From Chiloscyllium plagiosum (taxonomy: Eukaryota), in assembly GCF_004010195.1 (NCBI RefSeq), contig NC_057719.1, positions 36,050,359-36,094,589 of the forward strand: a stretch of 44,231 nucleotides of DNA, given 5' to 3'. The position numbers and the translations under genes were made by a program. Positions 1-12,593 of this stretch are shown here, piece after piece; the stretch's first letter is position 1; every line of letters starts with the position of its first letter. The notes beneath the pieces were generated by a model that saw only the letters and a program-made list of their open reading frames with translations, ran no database searches and had not been told where the DNA came from.

Positions 1-500
1 TCCTTCTTGTACAGGTCACTTCTACCCCAAAAGAGATTCCAATGATCCAAAAATGTGAATCCTTCTCCCATACACCAGCTCCTCAGCCATGCATTCATCT
101 GCTCTATCCTCCTATCCCTGCCCTCACTAGCTCATAGCACTGGGAGTAATCCAGATAATACTAGCCTTGAGGACCTCCTTTTAAAATTTCTGCCTAACTC
201 TCTGTAATCTCCTTTCAGAATCTCAACCTTTTCCCTTCCTCTGTCATTAGTTCCAACGTGGACAATGACCTCCTGCTGGCCCCTCTTTCCCGTGAGAACA
301 TTCTGCACCCTCTCTGAGACATCCTTGATCCTGGCACCAAGGAGGCAAAACTATTCTGATTTTTCTCTGCTGGCCCAGAAACGTCTGTCTGTACCTTGGA
401 CTACAGAATCCCCTAAAACAATTGATCTCTTGGAAGCTGATGTACCCCTCATTGCATTAGAGCCAGTCTCAACACCAGAAACTTGGCTATTCATGCTATG
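1..500 (-). mobile_element. CR1/HER1-type LINE ORF1 (SGNH-esterase region) fragment
   Basis: 1-390 is a close paralogue of 12193-12592 (e.g. tccttcttgtacaggtcacttctaccccaaaagag). That copy translates on the minus strand as DHWKLFWGRSDLYKKDELHLN, the esterase D-x-x-H region of CR1 ORF1. Confidence 0.8.
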
Positions 501-504
501 TTAG

Positions 505-1480
505 GGGCAAGCTGTTTTAGAAACAGACATCTCGGAAAGTATTTGGAGAAGATCAGTCATGACTGTGCATCTTCAGGGTGTGGATAAACCATACACAGAT
601 GTTCAACAGGCAATTCCAGTGTTGGCTGAGGCTTTCTTAGGAAGCAGTTACTGAGATTTGCCAGATCCTGCAGCAGAATTTGATGGCAATCTGATGCCTG
701 TGACAACTGCTGTGCTCATCCTTCTCACTGCCAACTGTTTCTAGAGCTCCATGGACAATGTGTGGCATTGTGTAGGCTATCCGTGGAGCCAGGTGACAAT
801 GAATGGTCCCTTTCACCATGCCAATAAGTTCAAATAATGATAGTCACGCAGTCAGGGAGGTAGACTTTATAGCTACTTCTCATTTTCCTGGAGTGAACAA
901 GAAAATTGACTGCATTCATGTAGCCAATAAAACTTCCTGGGAAAGGCCAGTGGTGTTTGTGAGTCACATGTGATTACATTCTCGAAATGTCCAATTGGTT
1001 TGTGACCACAGGCAAAAAAATTAGACAGCACTGTTCTTGTTTCCCAGGGAGCATCTTGTATCTTGTGGAACTTGCTGCTTCCTGAGCTTTGATTGATAAC
1101 TGGGTCCTGGGTGACAAGGACTATCACCTGTTGACCTCATGTTGTTGAAGCCAGAGACACATCTCCACAGCACTGTGGAAGACCACTACAATACAGCCCA
1201 CAACTTCACAAGAATCATCAGCAAATAGACCATTGCATTTCCATGGATGTTGACAGATCTGGTGGGGCTCTGTGGTTTACATCACAGAGAGTGTTGTGGT
1301 ATATTGTGCACTGTGTCATGATGCAGCATGGCATCCTCTTGCATTGAGACAATAGAAAAGAGATGAGGATGAAAGGGATGAGCCTGAGGAAAAGGATATG
1401 GTTGTGAATGAGCTCCTACTGGATGCTCGAGCTGTGCTAGTGATACCAGGAACAATCCCATTTACATGGTATTCTCCCAA
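505..1480 (+). mobile_element. Degenerate PIF/Harbinger (HARBI1-like) DDE transposase remnant
   Basis: Collinear motifs across frameshifts: LRLS*EAVTEICQIL (~630-675), FPGVNKKIDCIHVA (884-925), HSRNVQLVCDH (977-1009), FPGS (1041-1052), WVLGDKDY (1101-1124), EDHYNTAH (1178-1201), DRSGGA (1252-1269), VVYCAL (1293-1313). Confidence 0.8.
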
Positions 1481-2289
1481 GCTTGAGAGACCTTCTTGGC
1501 CATTGTTCTATCAGTGGGACAGTTTACGTGCTTGGGGTGTCTATTAACCACCTCCATCAGGATATACATCTGAACTCACACCTCTACCACCTGGAATAGC
1601 AAGGGAACTGGATGTCTGTCACATCTACACTTGCTAAGGAAGATTGTTACTCACAATATCTGCTGTACCTTTGGGTGTTCATCAAAAAGCTTCCAATGAC
1701 CACAATTTCAGAACCTGCTCCATTGTTGTCCTTGGTTTCTCATAAGGGAGTTCAATTGATTGTGTGGACCATAACTCCAAGTAATCTCACATACACCGCA
1801 TGCAATGGAGTGTCTACAGAGCTGGTATATTCCTCTATTTTCCACAAACTGGCAAATATCAAAATAGAATTACAGATGAACAATAATTTCCTAAACAATA
1901 AAGAAAAGTTTAATATCCCCCTGCAGCCATCTCTCAGAGCCAACCAAAGGACATGCCAGATTAGTTATGACTTCATGACTCATAAAGTTCCTAAAAAGAT
2001 AATGATGCACATGTAAATAAAGTGGAAACAAATATGTTGTGGAATATTTGCAGATGACAACATGAATTTTGTTAAAACAACTATGCCACTTTGTGGCTTC
2101 CATAAATGACGACATTTTCTCTTCCTTACAGTGTACCCAAACAGGGGAGGAGACAGGTTGTATGATGTTCACTTTTCTACAATGATGTTGACAGCTCCTC
2201 TGAAGTCCATGACTGTGCCATCCCACTGCGGGATGGGTGTAAGGGCAACATCCTTCATGGGAGTAAGGGCAACATCCTCAATCATGTCT

Positions 2290-2630
2290 GGTGGTATTAT
2301 CACTTAATCCTGAAACTCAGCTAATGTTCTGGGGACCCAGGTTTGAATGGTGGAATTTGAATTCAATAAATACAAACGAAATCTGGAATTAAGAATCTAT
2401 TGATGGCCACAAAACCTTTGCTGATTGCTGGATAATATCTGGCTCACTAATGACTTTCAGGGAAAGAAATCTGCCATCCTTACCTGGTCTGGCCTACATG
2501 TGACTCAATGCAGTTTACTCTCAACTGCTGTCTGAAATGGCCCAGCAAGCCATTCAGTTCAAGGACAACTAGGAGCAGGCAATAAATGCTGTCCTGCCAG
2601 CCCTGCCCATGTCCAGTCAGGGAATAGTAA
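2290..2630 (+). mobile_element. tRNA-derived SINE, non-HE1 family (resembles salmonid SlmI-like SINEs; name tentative)
   Basis: Degenerate A/B boxes (ggtggtattat..., ggtttgaat), central block ttcagggaaagaaatctgccatccttacctggtctggcctacatgtgactc, LINE-like tail ggcaataaatgctgtcctgccagc. Confidence 0.65.
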
Positions 2631-2828
2631 TACCTTTTTTTTAAAAAGCCTGCTGGAAACAATTGAATGAATGGCAGAGGGGTGAAGAGAGATCACTCTT
2701 CAGTGTCATGTCTTGCAAAGAAAGCACCCAACGCATTCACTCTTCCTCCATCTGATGTGTATGACACAACCCCATTTTCCTAATGTGAAGGGACAACTAG
2801 AAGCAGATCCTGGTGCCTTTCTCCCTTT

Positions 2829-3173
2829 ATCATTGAATCCGTACAGTGTGGAAACAGGCCATTTGGCTCAACAAATTCATATTGACCCTCTGAAGAGTAT
2901 CCCACCCAGACCCATTCCCCTACTCAATTACTCCACATTTACCCCTGACTAATGCACCTAACCTACACATCCATGAACACTATGCAGCAATTTAGCATGT
3001 CTAATTCACCTAACCTGCACATCTTTAGAATGTGGGAGGAAACCGGAGCACCTGAAGGGAACCCATGTAGACTAAGGGAGAATGTGCAAACTTCACATTG
3101 CCTAAGGCTGGAATCAAACCTGGGTCCCTGGCGCTGTGAGGCAGCAGTGTTAACCACTGAGTCACCATGGCCC
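2829..3173 (-). mobile_element. HE1-type SINE
   Basis: Reverse complement of the repeat at 36746-36980 and 37793-38087; tRNA head at 3110-3173, LINE-shared tail tacagtgtggaaacaggcc at 2843-2861. Confidence 0.9.
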
Positions 3174-3644
3174 ATTGTTTAGCCATTCCTGCATGGAGCC
3201 ATGCTAGAGCAATAGAGTGCAGATCAGATTACACTTGGATCAATTGCTGCACCTTTTTCTTGATAGTTGTCTCCATCTTTTCCATTAAGGAAGCAATTCA
3301 AGCATATGCCTGAGACATGGCAGAACTCATGGTGTGCTTGGACTCTTCTGTTGTCGATGCAAAGCTGTGCAAAGACTCTTGACATCTCCACCTAACTTGT
3401 GTTAGAGACCTGTATAAAGATTTTCTTTATATAGAAGTGTCAATCACCTATAGACTTTAAAACATCAGTAGCAGAAACTACAAATATTTGAAAACTCTTA
3501 ATGATATTTTAATAAACATTGTGAAATTGACAACAGACAACGGACACAGAGCTGTCAATCAAGCAGGAATTCATGTGTTTCAACAAAATTATTGCCTTTG
3601 ATTTGGCTTAATATTATGGAAAGTAATGAGTGAATTGCATGGGA

Positions 3645-3686
3645 GACCATTAGACCATAAGAAATAGGAACAGGAGTAGTTCTTTT

Positions 3687-3720
<34 letters not shown>

Positions 3721-3722
3721 CT

Positions 3723-3755
<33 letters not shown>

Positions 3756-3840
3756 ACCCCTTGAGCCAGCTCCACTTTTAATTGGCTATTCTGACATCCA
3801 TCATGCCCACTTTCCTGCCCTTTCCCCATAACCCCATTTT
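3645..3840 (-). mobile_element. CR1-type LINE 3' end fragment interrupted by a T-tract
   Basis: gaccattagaccataagaaataggaacaggagtag...ccccttgagccagctccac is a typical antisense CR1 3' terminus with short tail repeats. Confidence 0.55.
3680..3754. repeat. Poly(T) tract, 75 nt, interrupted by CTAA at 3721-3724
   Basis: Directly visible. Confidence 0.95.
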
Positions 3841-3999
3841 CCCCAAGACATGAGGGTGAATAGGATATGTGTAGGTAGCATAACAAGGTATGGTGATCAT
3901 GGGGTGGGAGGAGAGGCATGAGTTGGAATGACCGAGGAGTGTGTTCGCGAGTTTTGAGAAGGTTTGTAGCCCAGGTTGAGGTTCTGGATGTAGGGGAAT

Positions 4000-5280
4000 G
4001 TGTAGCTGGGATGAGATCCCACAGCACCAAGGCAGGGTTTTGACTCAGCCCACTGTGGCACTTCGTATCACCTGTGACTGAATCCTGTCTTTTTTCCAGA
4101 TCAGCTGGTCTAGCTGCAGCTTGTATCCACCATTCACTTCCCCTCAACTCCATTATTGACCATATAGATGTCATCTTTCCTGACATTTGTTGCCAAGGCA
4201 TGCAGACTGAGCTAGGAATGTTTTGTCAATCCTGCAATCTTTCTTGAGGATGAAAACAGGCCAGTAATTGTGAGGCTGACTAAGGTTTCACAGTTGGCCC
4301 CCAGTTTGTCACAGACATAGTGACCTGTTTAAATCACTTGGATGCTTCGTTGATCCTAATTGGTATCCTCCTCCTGTTGCCAGGCAGCTAACCAGTATTA
4401 GTGAGATGTCCACCCTGACATTCTGCTCATAAACAAGAACAGCTCAGAGAGCTGTCCTGATTCTTTCATGTGTTTCTTGTTAACTGCCTCCAAATCCATC
4501 CCTGTAGCATTAGAGAGAATTGGCCAAAGAATTTTCTTTGTGGCAACTTTGGATGGAATTTACACCTAGATTGTAGGTCTGTGCTGAACTATGAATAATT
4601 TTTCTTTCAACGTGTTGATTGGTTTGGACACTCTCATTCTCAAACCAGCAAAATCATAGGTTCCCATCTCAATTTAGGATAGTACAAATTTCTTATGCCA
4701 GGATAACAAATTTTAATAGATTCCACTTTCTATTTTAGATCCATCATGAGTCTAGGGAGTCCCGTCTATCAATTCTTCTTTCACTGGTTGTTCCTTGACC
4801 AGTTGTTCTTTGAATTTAACTCATTTAACTCCTTCCATCATTTGCAGAAGACATGCATTCCAACACAATCTTGTGAAGTATGTCAGGTTTCTACAGCCTG
4901 ACATGTTGGAGAGTTGCTTATAGCATACCTTTAATCTTAATGGCTATACCTCTTGGACAATGCAATTGTTCTGTTGTCAGCTTTAGGCAAGTATCTCTAA
5001 TACCAATTTGAAATGCCTGAGGTGACATTCAACATAAATATTGATTTGTCAAATTTAGGGTCTGCATTACTTATTTAGGAATACTTTAGGTGTTTCTTTA
5101 TTGAAGTCTGTTCCACCTCCCACTTTGATAATTGACTTCTGCTTTTCTGTAACTGTGTCCTATTTTACCACAGTTTCTTAAAGTGACCTATTGTGTGACA
5201 GATAAAACATTTATTTTTAATAGCTGGGCAATGTCTGTGCCTATGACGTTTCTTTGCTCTACAGTTCTGGCAAACTTGTT
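4000..5280 (-). mobile_element. Highly decayed LTR-retrotransposon gag(-pol) remnant
   Basis: Minus-strand CQNCRAKKRHRHRHCPAIKNKCFICHTIGHFKKL (5165-5275) is a double CCHC gag zinc-knuckle pattern. The downstream extent is a guess. Confidence 0.45.
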
Positions 5281-5566
5281 TGGTTAGATTGGTCATGTTA
5301 AATTGCCCTGCAGTGTGCAAGAATGTGCAGGCTATGTGGATTATCCTCTGTAAATGCATGATTGCGGGGATAGGGTGGGGGTGGGATGTGCTGGGCAGGG
5401 TGGGATGCTCTTCAGAGGGTCTGTCTGCACCTGAAGGGCTGAATGGTCTCTTTCTGCACTGCAGGGGTTCTATGAGATGCAGGCAAATGGAACTTGTTCA
5501 GTTTAGGATACTCATCGACATGGATGAGTTGGACTGAAGGGTCTGATTCTGTGCTCTATGACTCTA
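5281..5566 (+). mobile_element. 5'-truncated HE1-related SINE (5281-5475) abutting a CR1/HER1 3' tail (5477-5566)
   Basis: gattggtcatgttaaattgccc and gatgctcttcagagggtc match the HE1 body; ttggactgaagggtctgattctgtgctctatgactcta matches the LINE terminus. Confidence 0.7.
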
Positions 5567-7650
5567 GGTCATCACTATTTATCATGCTACATTGTGAAGC
5601 TGGCTTGTACCAATGTATGGCACACTGATCATGTATGAAGAGAGTGAGGAAGAATACTCTCAACGATGATGATTGCATGACAACCACATTGTCCAATAAG
5701 TGCAACAGAGAACAATATATTCTTCTTCAGATGGGTATACAAATATTAGATTCAAATTGTTAAGCATCCTAATTGTTGCACTGAAGTTTTAAATGTTAAT
5801 CTTGTTAACTCTGTTTTGCATGATATTATTACCTCATGACATGTGACCTAATGGCATACTCTATCTGACCTTAGATGAATTGAAGCATGAGGCTGTACAG
5901 GAAATATGCTTCTCTGTTGTAAACTAAGCGCTTAATGCTAGCCCAGATGCATACATGGCTGAAGATAGTCCATATTTATTAGTTGTAATATATGTCTATT
6001 GAATTCTTCAATACCACACCCAGTTTCTTATGTCACAGGAGATAACACAAGTATTGCCATATTCTGTTGGAGGCAGACAGAGACCACTCAGTATTACCCC
6101 TTTCGGACCTATAATCAGTAACAGAAATGCTATCATCATATTATATCTTCTGGTTCCAATCAGTTAGAAATAATCACATTTCAGACTCAAGTTGCTTCAT
6201 TGAATGTATTATTTTCAGCTCTCCATTTGTCTGGTGGACTGACTCATGCATTGTTATTCACTGTGGGCAATTCAGGATGTACATTTACAGAACAATTACA
6301 GTGAAATCGTGATAGGTCAAAGTGGATGATTTACCTTCCGGTTGTGTCAGTCATCAGCCTGTCCTGCCAGCAGACTATCAAATCGCATTTGGCAAAGCAT
6401 ACAAAAAATTGTATTTTCACACAGTTTGCTCTGGATTAACCAAACTTGGAAATGGGCAAGATCAGGTCTGCTACCTTTTTAAATCACTTATAATTCTTGG
6501 TGTTGGCATGAAGTACTTAAAGAGGAAAAAACTCAGGCAGCTTTCAAGTTTGAAAGAAAAATGGTGGAAAGTCTTGGAACACTGCCCAACAAGGTTCTGA
6601 TTTTATTTTTGCGTGTGTAATCTGTCCAAGTGGTGACTTGGCTGCTGTCAGACGAGGAAGTGACTGGGGAATGTACAGTATCAGAGTATGGTTGGGAAAT
6701 GCTGAGGTTTTTTTGCCTTTTCTTTTAAATTTGCAACCTGTTCAAAAGGCAGAAACACTCCAGAATATTTCCATGCCAGTCTCCAAAATGGTAATTCTTC
6801 ATTCACTTCCTCTGCTGTCAGCTACAAGGATATGTGGCTCCCTCCTCATAGCTGCCACACATGTCATAAAGTTTTACATGAGTCAGATTCACAAGGAATC
6901 TTGTGTAATTTGACTATGGACATTTTACCTTGTCACAATGAAAATAGTAGTGAGATAACATCTATATTTATGAATGTTGGGGAAGAGTGATACTCTGAGA
7001 ACCCCTTACACTCCTGACCTTTGCTTTTGTACACTGAGTTTGAAGCCTTTTGTGATGATATCTAATGTGAGGTTCCTCCTGGATCTCCCATTTCTTCAAC
7101 AATGTGACTTCCCGTTGTTGGGCTGCAGACCAGACATTCCTGTGGACCCTCCTGCCTCCATGATCCAGCTGTTGTTCTTAACTGGATAACGAATGCAAAA
7201 ATGGCTTGACAAGTTGGCCATCTTAGGGAAGTGCTTCCCTGCTGGCATATTGCTGAATTGTACGAGGTATAGAAAATGGAAATTATGGAGATGCTCAGAA
7301 CTTTTAATGTGCAGAGATATCCCTCTATATCGTGCACTCTGAGAGGGAGGATATGCATGCAAATGTATTGTTTTCTAATTGTCATACTTCATTGCTTGTA
7401 TAAATTGAAAATATGCTGAATTAATCAGAATATTCAGTATGATTCTGATAAATAGATGTATAGTTCTTACTATCAAAATATATTAATTCTAAACTGATTT
7501 TGCAAGCTATCAAAAATGTCTGAGCAAACTGGGCACAGGACTCTTATCTCTTAATCTTAATGTAATTGTTATTTATTTATGTTTTAAGATTTAACAAAAA
7601 TCTAAAACTCTTGCTGCTGCTGCTGAAGAATTGAATACATTCATTTTTCA

Positions 7651-8872
7651 GATCATAGCAATTACTGAAACATGGCTCAGAGAAGGACAGGACTGGCAGA
7701 TTAATGTTCCAGGATACAAATGCTATAGGAAGGGTGGAAAGGGGGGAAAGAGAGGAGGGGGGAGTGGCATTTTTGATAAGGGGTAGTATTACTGCTGTAA
7801 GTAGGGAGGATATCCCTGGGAATACATCGAGGGAAGTTATTTGGGTGGAACTGAAAAAAAAGAAAGGGATGATCACCGTATTGATATTGTATTATAGACC
7901 CCCTAATAGTCAGGCGGAAATTGAGAAACAAATTTGTAAGGAAACCTCAGTTATCTGTAAGAATAATAGGGTGGTTATGGTAGGGATTTTAACTTTCCAA
8001 TCATAGACTGAGACTGCCATAGTGTTAAGAGTTGAGATGGAGATGAATTTGTTAAGTGTGTACAGGAAAATTTTCTGATTCAGTATATGGATGTACCTAA
8101 TAGAGAAGGTGCAAAACTTGACCTACTTTTGGGAAATAAGACAGGTGACTGAGGTGTCAGTGTGGGAGCCCTTTGGGGCCAGCGACCACAATTCTATTTG
8201 TTTTAAAACAGTGATGGAAAAGGATAGACCAGATCTAAGAGTTGATGTTCTAAATTGGAGGAAGGCCAATTTTGACAGTATGAGGCAAGAACATTCAAAA
8301 GATGATTGGAGGCAGATGTGCGTAGGTCGTGGGACAGGTGGAAAATGGGAAGTTTTCAAAAATGAGATAATGAGAGTCCAGAGACAGTATATTCCTGTTT
8401 GGGTGAAAAGAAAGGCTGGATGACAAAAGAAATTGAGGGTTTGGTTAAGAAAAAGAAGGAAGCATATGTCAGGTATAGACAGGATAGATCGAGTCAATCC
8501 TTACAAAGACAGTAGGAGTATAGTTAAGAAGAAAATCAGGAGCGCAAAAATGGGATATGAGATAGCTTTGGAAACTAGGGTTATAGAGAATCCAAAGAGT
8601 TTTTATAAATACATTAAGGACAAAAAGGTAACCAGGGAGCGAATAGGACCCCTCAAAGATCAGCAAGGCAGCCTATGTGTGGAGCCAGAGGAGATGGAGG
8701 AGATACTAAATGAGTATTTTGTGTCAGTGTTTACTGTGGAGAAAGACATGGAAGATATAGAATGTGGAGAAATAGGTGGTGACATCTTGAAAAATGTCCA
8801 TATTACAGAGTTAGTGGTGCTTGATGTCTTGAAATACATAAAAGTGGATAAATCCCCAGGACCTGATCAGGT
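7651..8872 (+). mobile_element. CR1/HER1 LINE ORF2, 5' part (APE endonuclease and linker); continues at 12594
   Basis: IAITETWL, GGVAFLIR, YYRPPNS, SDHNSI, FYKYIK, KSPGPD motifs with stops and frameshifts. Confidence 0.95.
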
Positions 8873-11800
8873 CATAGAGTCAAAAAGTCATAGAGGTGTC
8901 CAGCATGGAAACAGACCCTTCGGTCCAACCTGTCCATGCGGACCAGATATCCCAATCCAATCTAGTCTCACCTGCCAACACTCGGTCCATATTCCTTCAA
9001 ACCTTTCCTATTCATATACCCATCCAGATGCCTTTTAAATATTGCAAATGTTATAGCCTCCACCACATCCTCTGGCAGCTCATTCCATACACATACCACC
9101 CTCTGCGTGAAAAGATTGCCCCTTAGGTCTCTATTATATCTTTTCCTCCTCACTCTAAACCTATGCCCTGTAGTTCTGGACTCCCCAACCCTAGGGAAAA
9201 GACTTTGTATATTTATTCTATCCATGCCCCTCATGATTTTATAAACCTCTATAAGGGCATCCCTCAGCCTCCGACATTCCAGTGAAAACAGCCCCAGCCT
9301 GTTCAGCCTCTCCCTATAGCTCAAACCCTCAATCTCTTTTGAACCCTTTCAGGTTTCACAACATCTTTTCGATAGGAAGGAGACCAAAATTGCACGCAAT
9401 ATTCCAACAGTGGCCTAACCAATGTCCTGTACAGCCAAAACATGACCTCCCAACTCCTGTACTCAATACTCTGACCAAAACAGGAAAGCATACCAAACGC
9501 CTTCTTCACTATCCTATCTACCTGCGACTCCACTTTCAAGGAGTTATGAACCTGCACTCCAAGGTCTCTTTGTTCAGCAGCACTCCCTGCTCTGATTTGC
9601 TTTCCCAAAATGCAGCCCCTCACATTTATCTAAATTAAACTCCATCTACCACTTCTCAGTCCACTGGCCCATCTGATCAAGATCCGTTGTAATTTGAGGT
9701 AACTTTCTTCGCTGTCCACTACACCTCCAATTTTGGTGTCATCTCCAAACCTACTAACTATACCTCTTATACTCACATTCAAATCATTTATATATATAAT
9801 GAAAAGTAGTGACCCAACACCGATCCTTGTGGCAGTCCACTGGTCACAGGCCTCCAGTTTGAAAAACAACCCTCCACCATCACCCTCTGTCTTCTACCTT
9901 TGAGCCAGTTCTGTATCCAAATGACACGTTCTCCCTGTATTCCATGAGATCTGACATTGCTAACCAGTCTCCCATGGGGAACCTTGTTAAACACCTTATT
10001 GAAGTCCATATAGATCACATCTACTGCTCTGCCCTCATCAATTTTCTTTGTTACTTTTTCAAAAATCTCATTCAAGTTTGTGAGACATGATTTCCCACGC
10101 ACAAAGCCATGTTGACTATCCTTAATCAGTCCTTGCCTTTCCAAATACATGTACATCCTGTCTCTCAGGATTCCCTCCAACAACTTGCCCACCACCGAAT
10201 CAGGCTCACTGGTCAATAGTTCCCTGGCTTGTCCTTACCACCCTTCTTAAACAGTGGCACCACGTTAGCCAACCTCAGTTTTCCGGTACCTCACATGTGA
10301 CCATCAATTACAAATATTACAGTAAGAGGCCCAGCAATCACTTCTCTAGCTTCCCACAGAGTTCTAGGGTACACCTGATCAGGTCCTGGGGATTTATCCA
10401 CTTTGATGCGTTTCAAGATATCCAGTACTTCCTCCTCTGTAATCTGGACATTTTTCAAGATGTCACCATCTATTTCGCTACATTCTGTATCTTCCATGTC
10501 CTTTTCCACAATAAATACCAATACAAAATACTTGATTAGTACCCCCCCCATCTCCTGCAGCTCCACACAAAGGCTGCCTTGCTGATCATTGAGGGGCCCT
10601 ATCTCTCCCGAGTTATCCTTTTGTCCTTAATGTATTTGTAAAAACCTTTTGGATTCTCCTTAATTCTATTTGCCAAATCTACCTCATGTCCCCTCTTTGT
10701 CCTCCTGATTTCTCTCTTAAGTATACTCCTAAAGCCTTTATACTCTTCTAAGGATTCACTCGATCTATCCTGTCTATACCTGACATATGCTTCGTTGTTT
10801 TTCTTAATTTCATGCAATTTCTTTAGTCATTCAGCATTCCCTATACCTACCAGCCTTTCCTTTCAACCTAACAGGAATATACTTTCTCTGGATTCTCGTT
10901 ATCTCATTTCTAAAGGCTTCCCATTTTCCAGCCGTTCCATTACCTGCGCAAATTTTCCCCCAGTCAGCTTTTGAAAGTTTTTAGATTAGATTAGATTCCC
11001 TACAGTGCGGAAACAGGCCCGTTGGCCCAACAAGTCCACACTGACCCTCCGAAGAGTAACCCATCCAGACCCATTTCCCTCTGACTAATACACCTAACAC
11101 CATGGGCAATTTAGTATGGCCGATTTACTTGCCCTGCACATCTTTGGACTGTGGGAGGAAACCGGAACACCTGGAGGAAACCCATGCAGACACGGGAAGA
11201 ATGTGCAAACTCCACACAGACAGTCGCCCGAGGCTGGAATTGAACCTGGGACCCTGTTGCTGTGAGGCAGCTGTGCTAACCACTGAGCAACCGTGCCGCC
11301 TAATACTGTCAAAATTGGCCTTCAACTCTTAGATCTGGTCTATCCTTTTCCATAACAAGTAGAATTATGGTTGCTGGCCCCGAAGGGCTCCCCCACTGAC
11401 AACTCAGTCACCTGACCTCCCTTATTTCCCAAAAGTAGGTCGGGTTTACACCTTCTTTAGTAGGTACATTCACATATTGAATCAGAAAATTTTCTCGTAC
11501 ACACTTAACAAATTCCTTTCTATCGAAACCCTTAACAATATGGCAGTCCCACTCTATGTTTGGAAATTTAAAATCCTCAACCATAACCTCCCTATTATTC
11601 TTACAGATAACTGAGATCACCCTACAAATTTGTTTCTCAATTTCCCTCTGACTATTAGGGGGTCTATATTACAATCTCAATAAGGTGATCACCCCTTTCC
11701 TATTTCTCAGTTCCACCCAAATAATTTCCCTGGATGTATTTCCGAGAATATCCTCCCTCAGCACAGCTGTAATGCTATCCATTATCAAAAACGTCACTCT

Positions 11801-12593
11801 CTCCACTCTTGCCTCTCTTTTTGTCCTTCCTGTAGCATTTGTATCCTGGAGAATTAAGCTCATGGCCCATCCCTGAGCCATGTTTCTGTAATTGCTATGA
11901 TATTCCAGTCCCATGTTCCTAACCATACCCTGAGTTCATCTCACTTCTCTGTTAGGCCTCTTGCATTGAAATAAATGCCGTTTAACTTATCAGTCTTACC
12001 TTGTTCTCTGCTTTGTCCCTACCTGCCCTGACTGTTTAACTCGCTTCTGTTCTCAACTGTACCAGTCTCAGATTGATCTCTTTCCTCACTATCTCCCTGG
12101 GTCCCACCCCACCCTCCCACCTTACTAGTTTAAATCCTCCCGAGCAGTTCCCTGCCAGTATATTAGTCCCCTTCCCATTTAGGTGCAATTCATCCTTCTT
12201 GTACAGGTCACTTCTACCCCAAAAGAGCTTCCAGTGATCCAAAAATGTGAATCCTTCTCCCCTACACCAGCTGTTCAGTCATGCATTCATCTGCTCTGTC
12301 CTCCTATTCCTGCCCTCACTAGCTCGTTGCACCGGGAGTAATCCAGATATTACTACTCTTGAGGACCTCTTTCAATTTTTGCCTAACTCTCTGTAATCTC
12401 CCTTCAGAATATCAACCTTTTCCCTTCCTATGTCGTTGGTTCCAATGTGGACAATGACCTCCTGCTGGCCCCTCTCCCCCGTGAGTACATTCTGCACCCT
12501 CTCTGGGACATCCTTGATCCTGGTGCCAGGGAAGCAACACACCATTCTGATGTTTTGCTGCTGGCCACAGAAACATCTGTCTGTTCCTTGGAT
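8873..12593 (-). mobile_element. CR1/HER1 LINE, 5'-truncated within ORF1 (ORF1 esterase, EN, RT, 3' tail)
   Basis: QHGFVRGKSCLTNL, YMDFNKVFNKVPH, GLPQGSVLG, RFGDDTK, LYRTLVRPLLEYCVQFWSP; tail repeat catagagt at 8873. Confidence 0.95.
10981..11300 (-). mobile_element. HE1-type SINE nested in the CR1
   Basis: (TTAGA)n tail at 10981-10997; tRNA head with B box (ggaattgaacc) near 11236; LINE sequence resumes after it. Confidence 0.92.

Noticed and set aside
3940..3995. Possible 3' tip of a third Penelope family (ttgagaaggtttgtagcccaggttgaggttctggatgtagg)
   Set aside because: Too short, with no second copy or TSD in the window to confirm.
3650..4201. 183-aa ORF with a poly-Lys run
   Set aside because: The Lys run is the antisense poly(T) tract; the ORF crosses unrelated repeat fragments.
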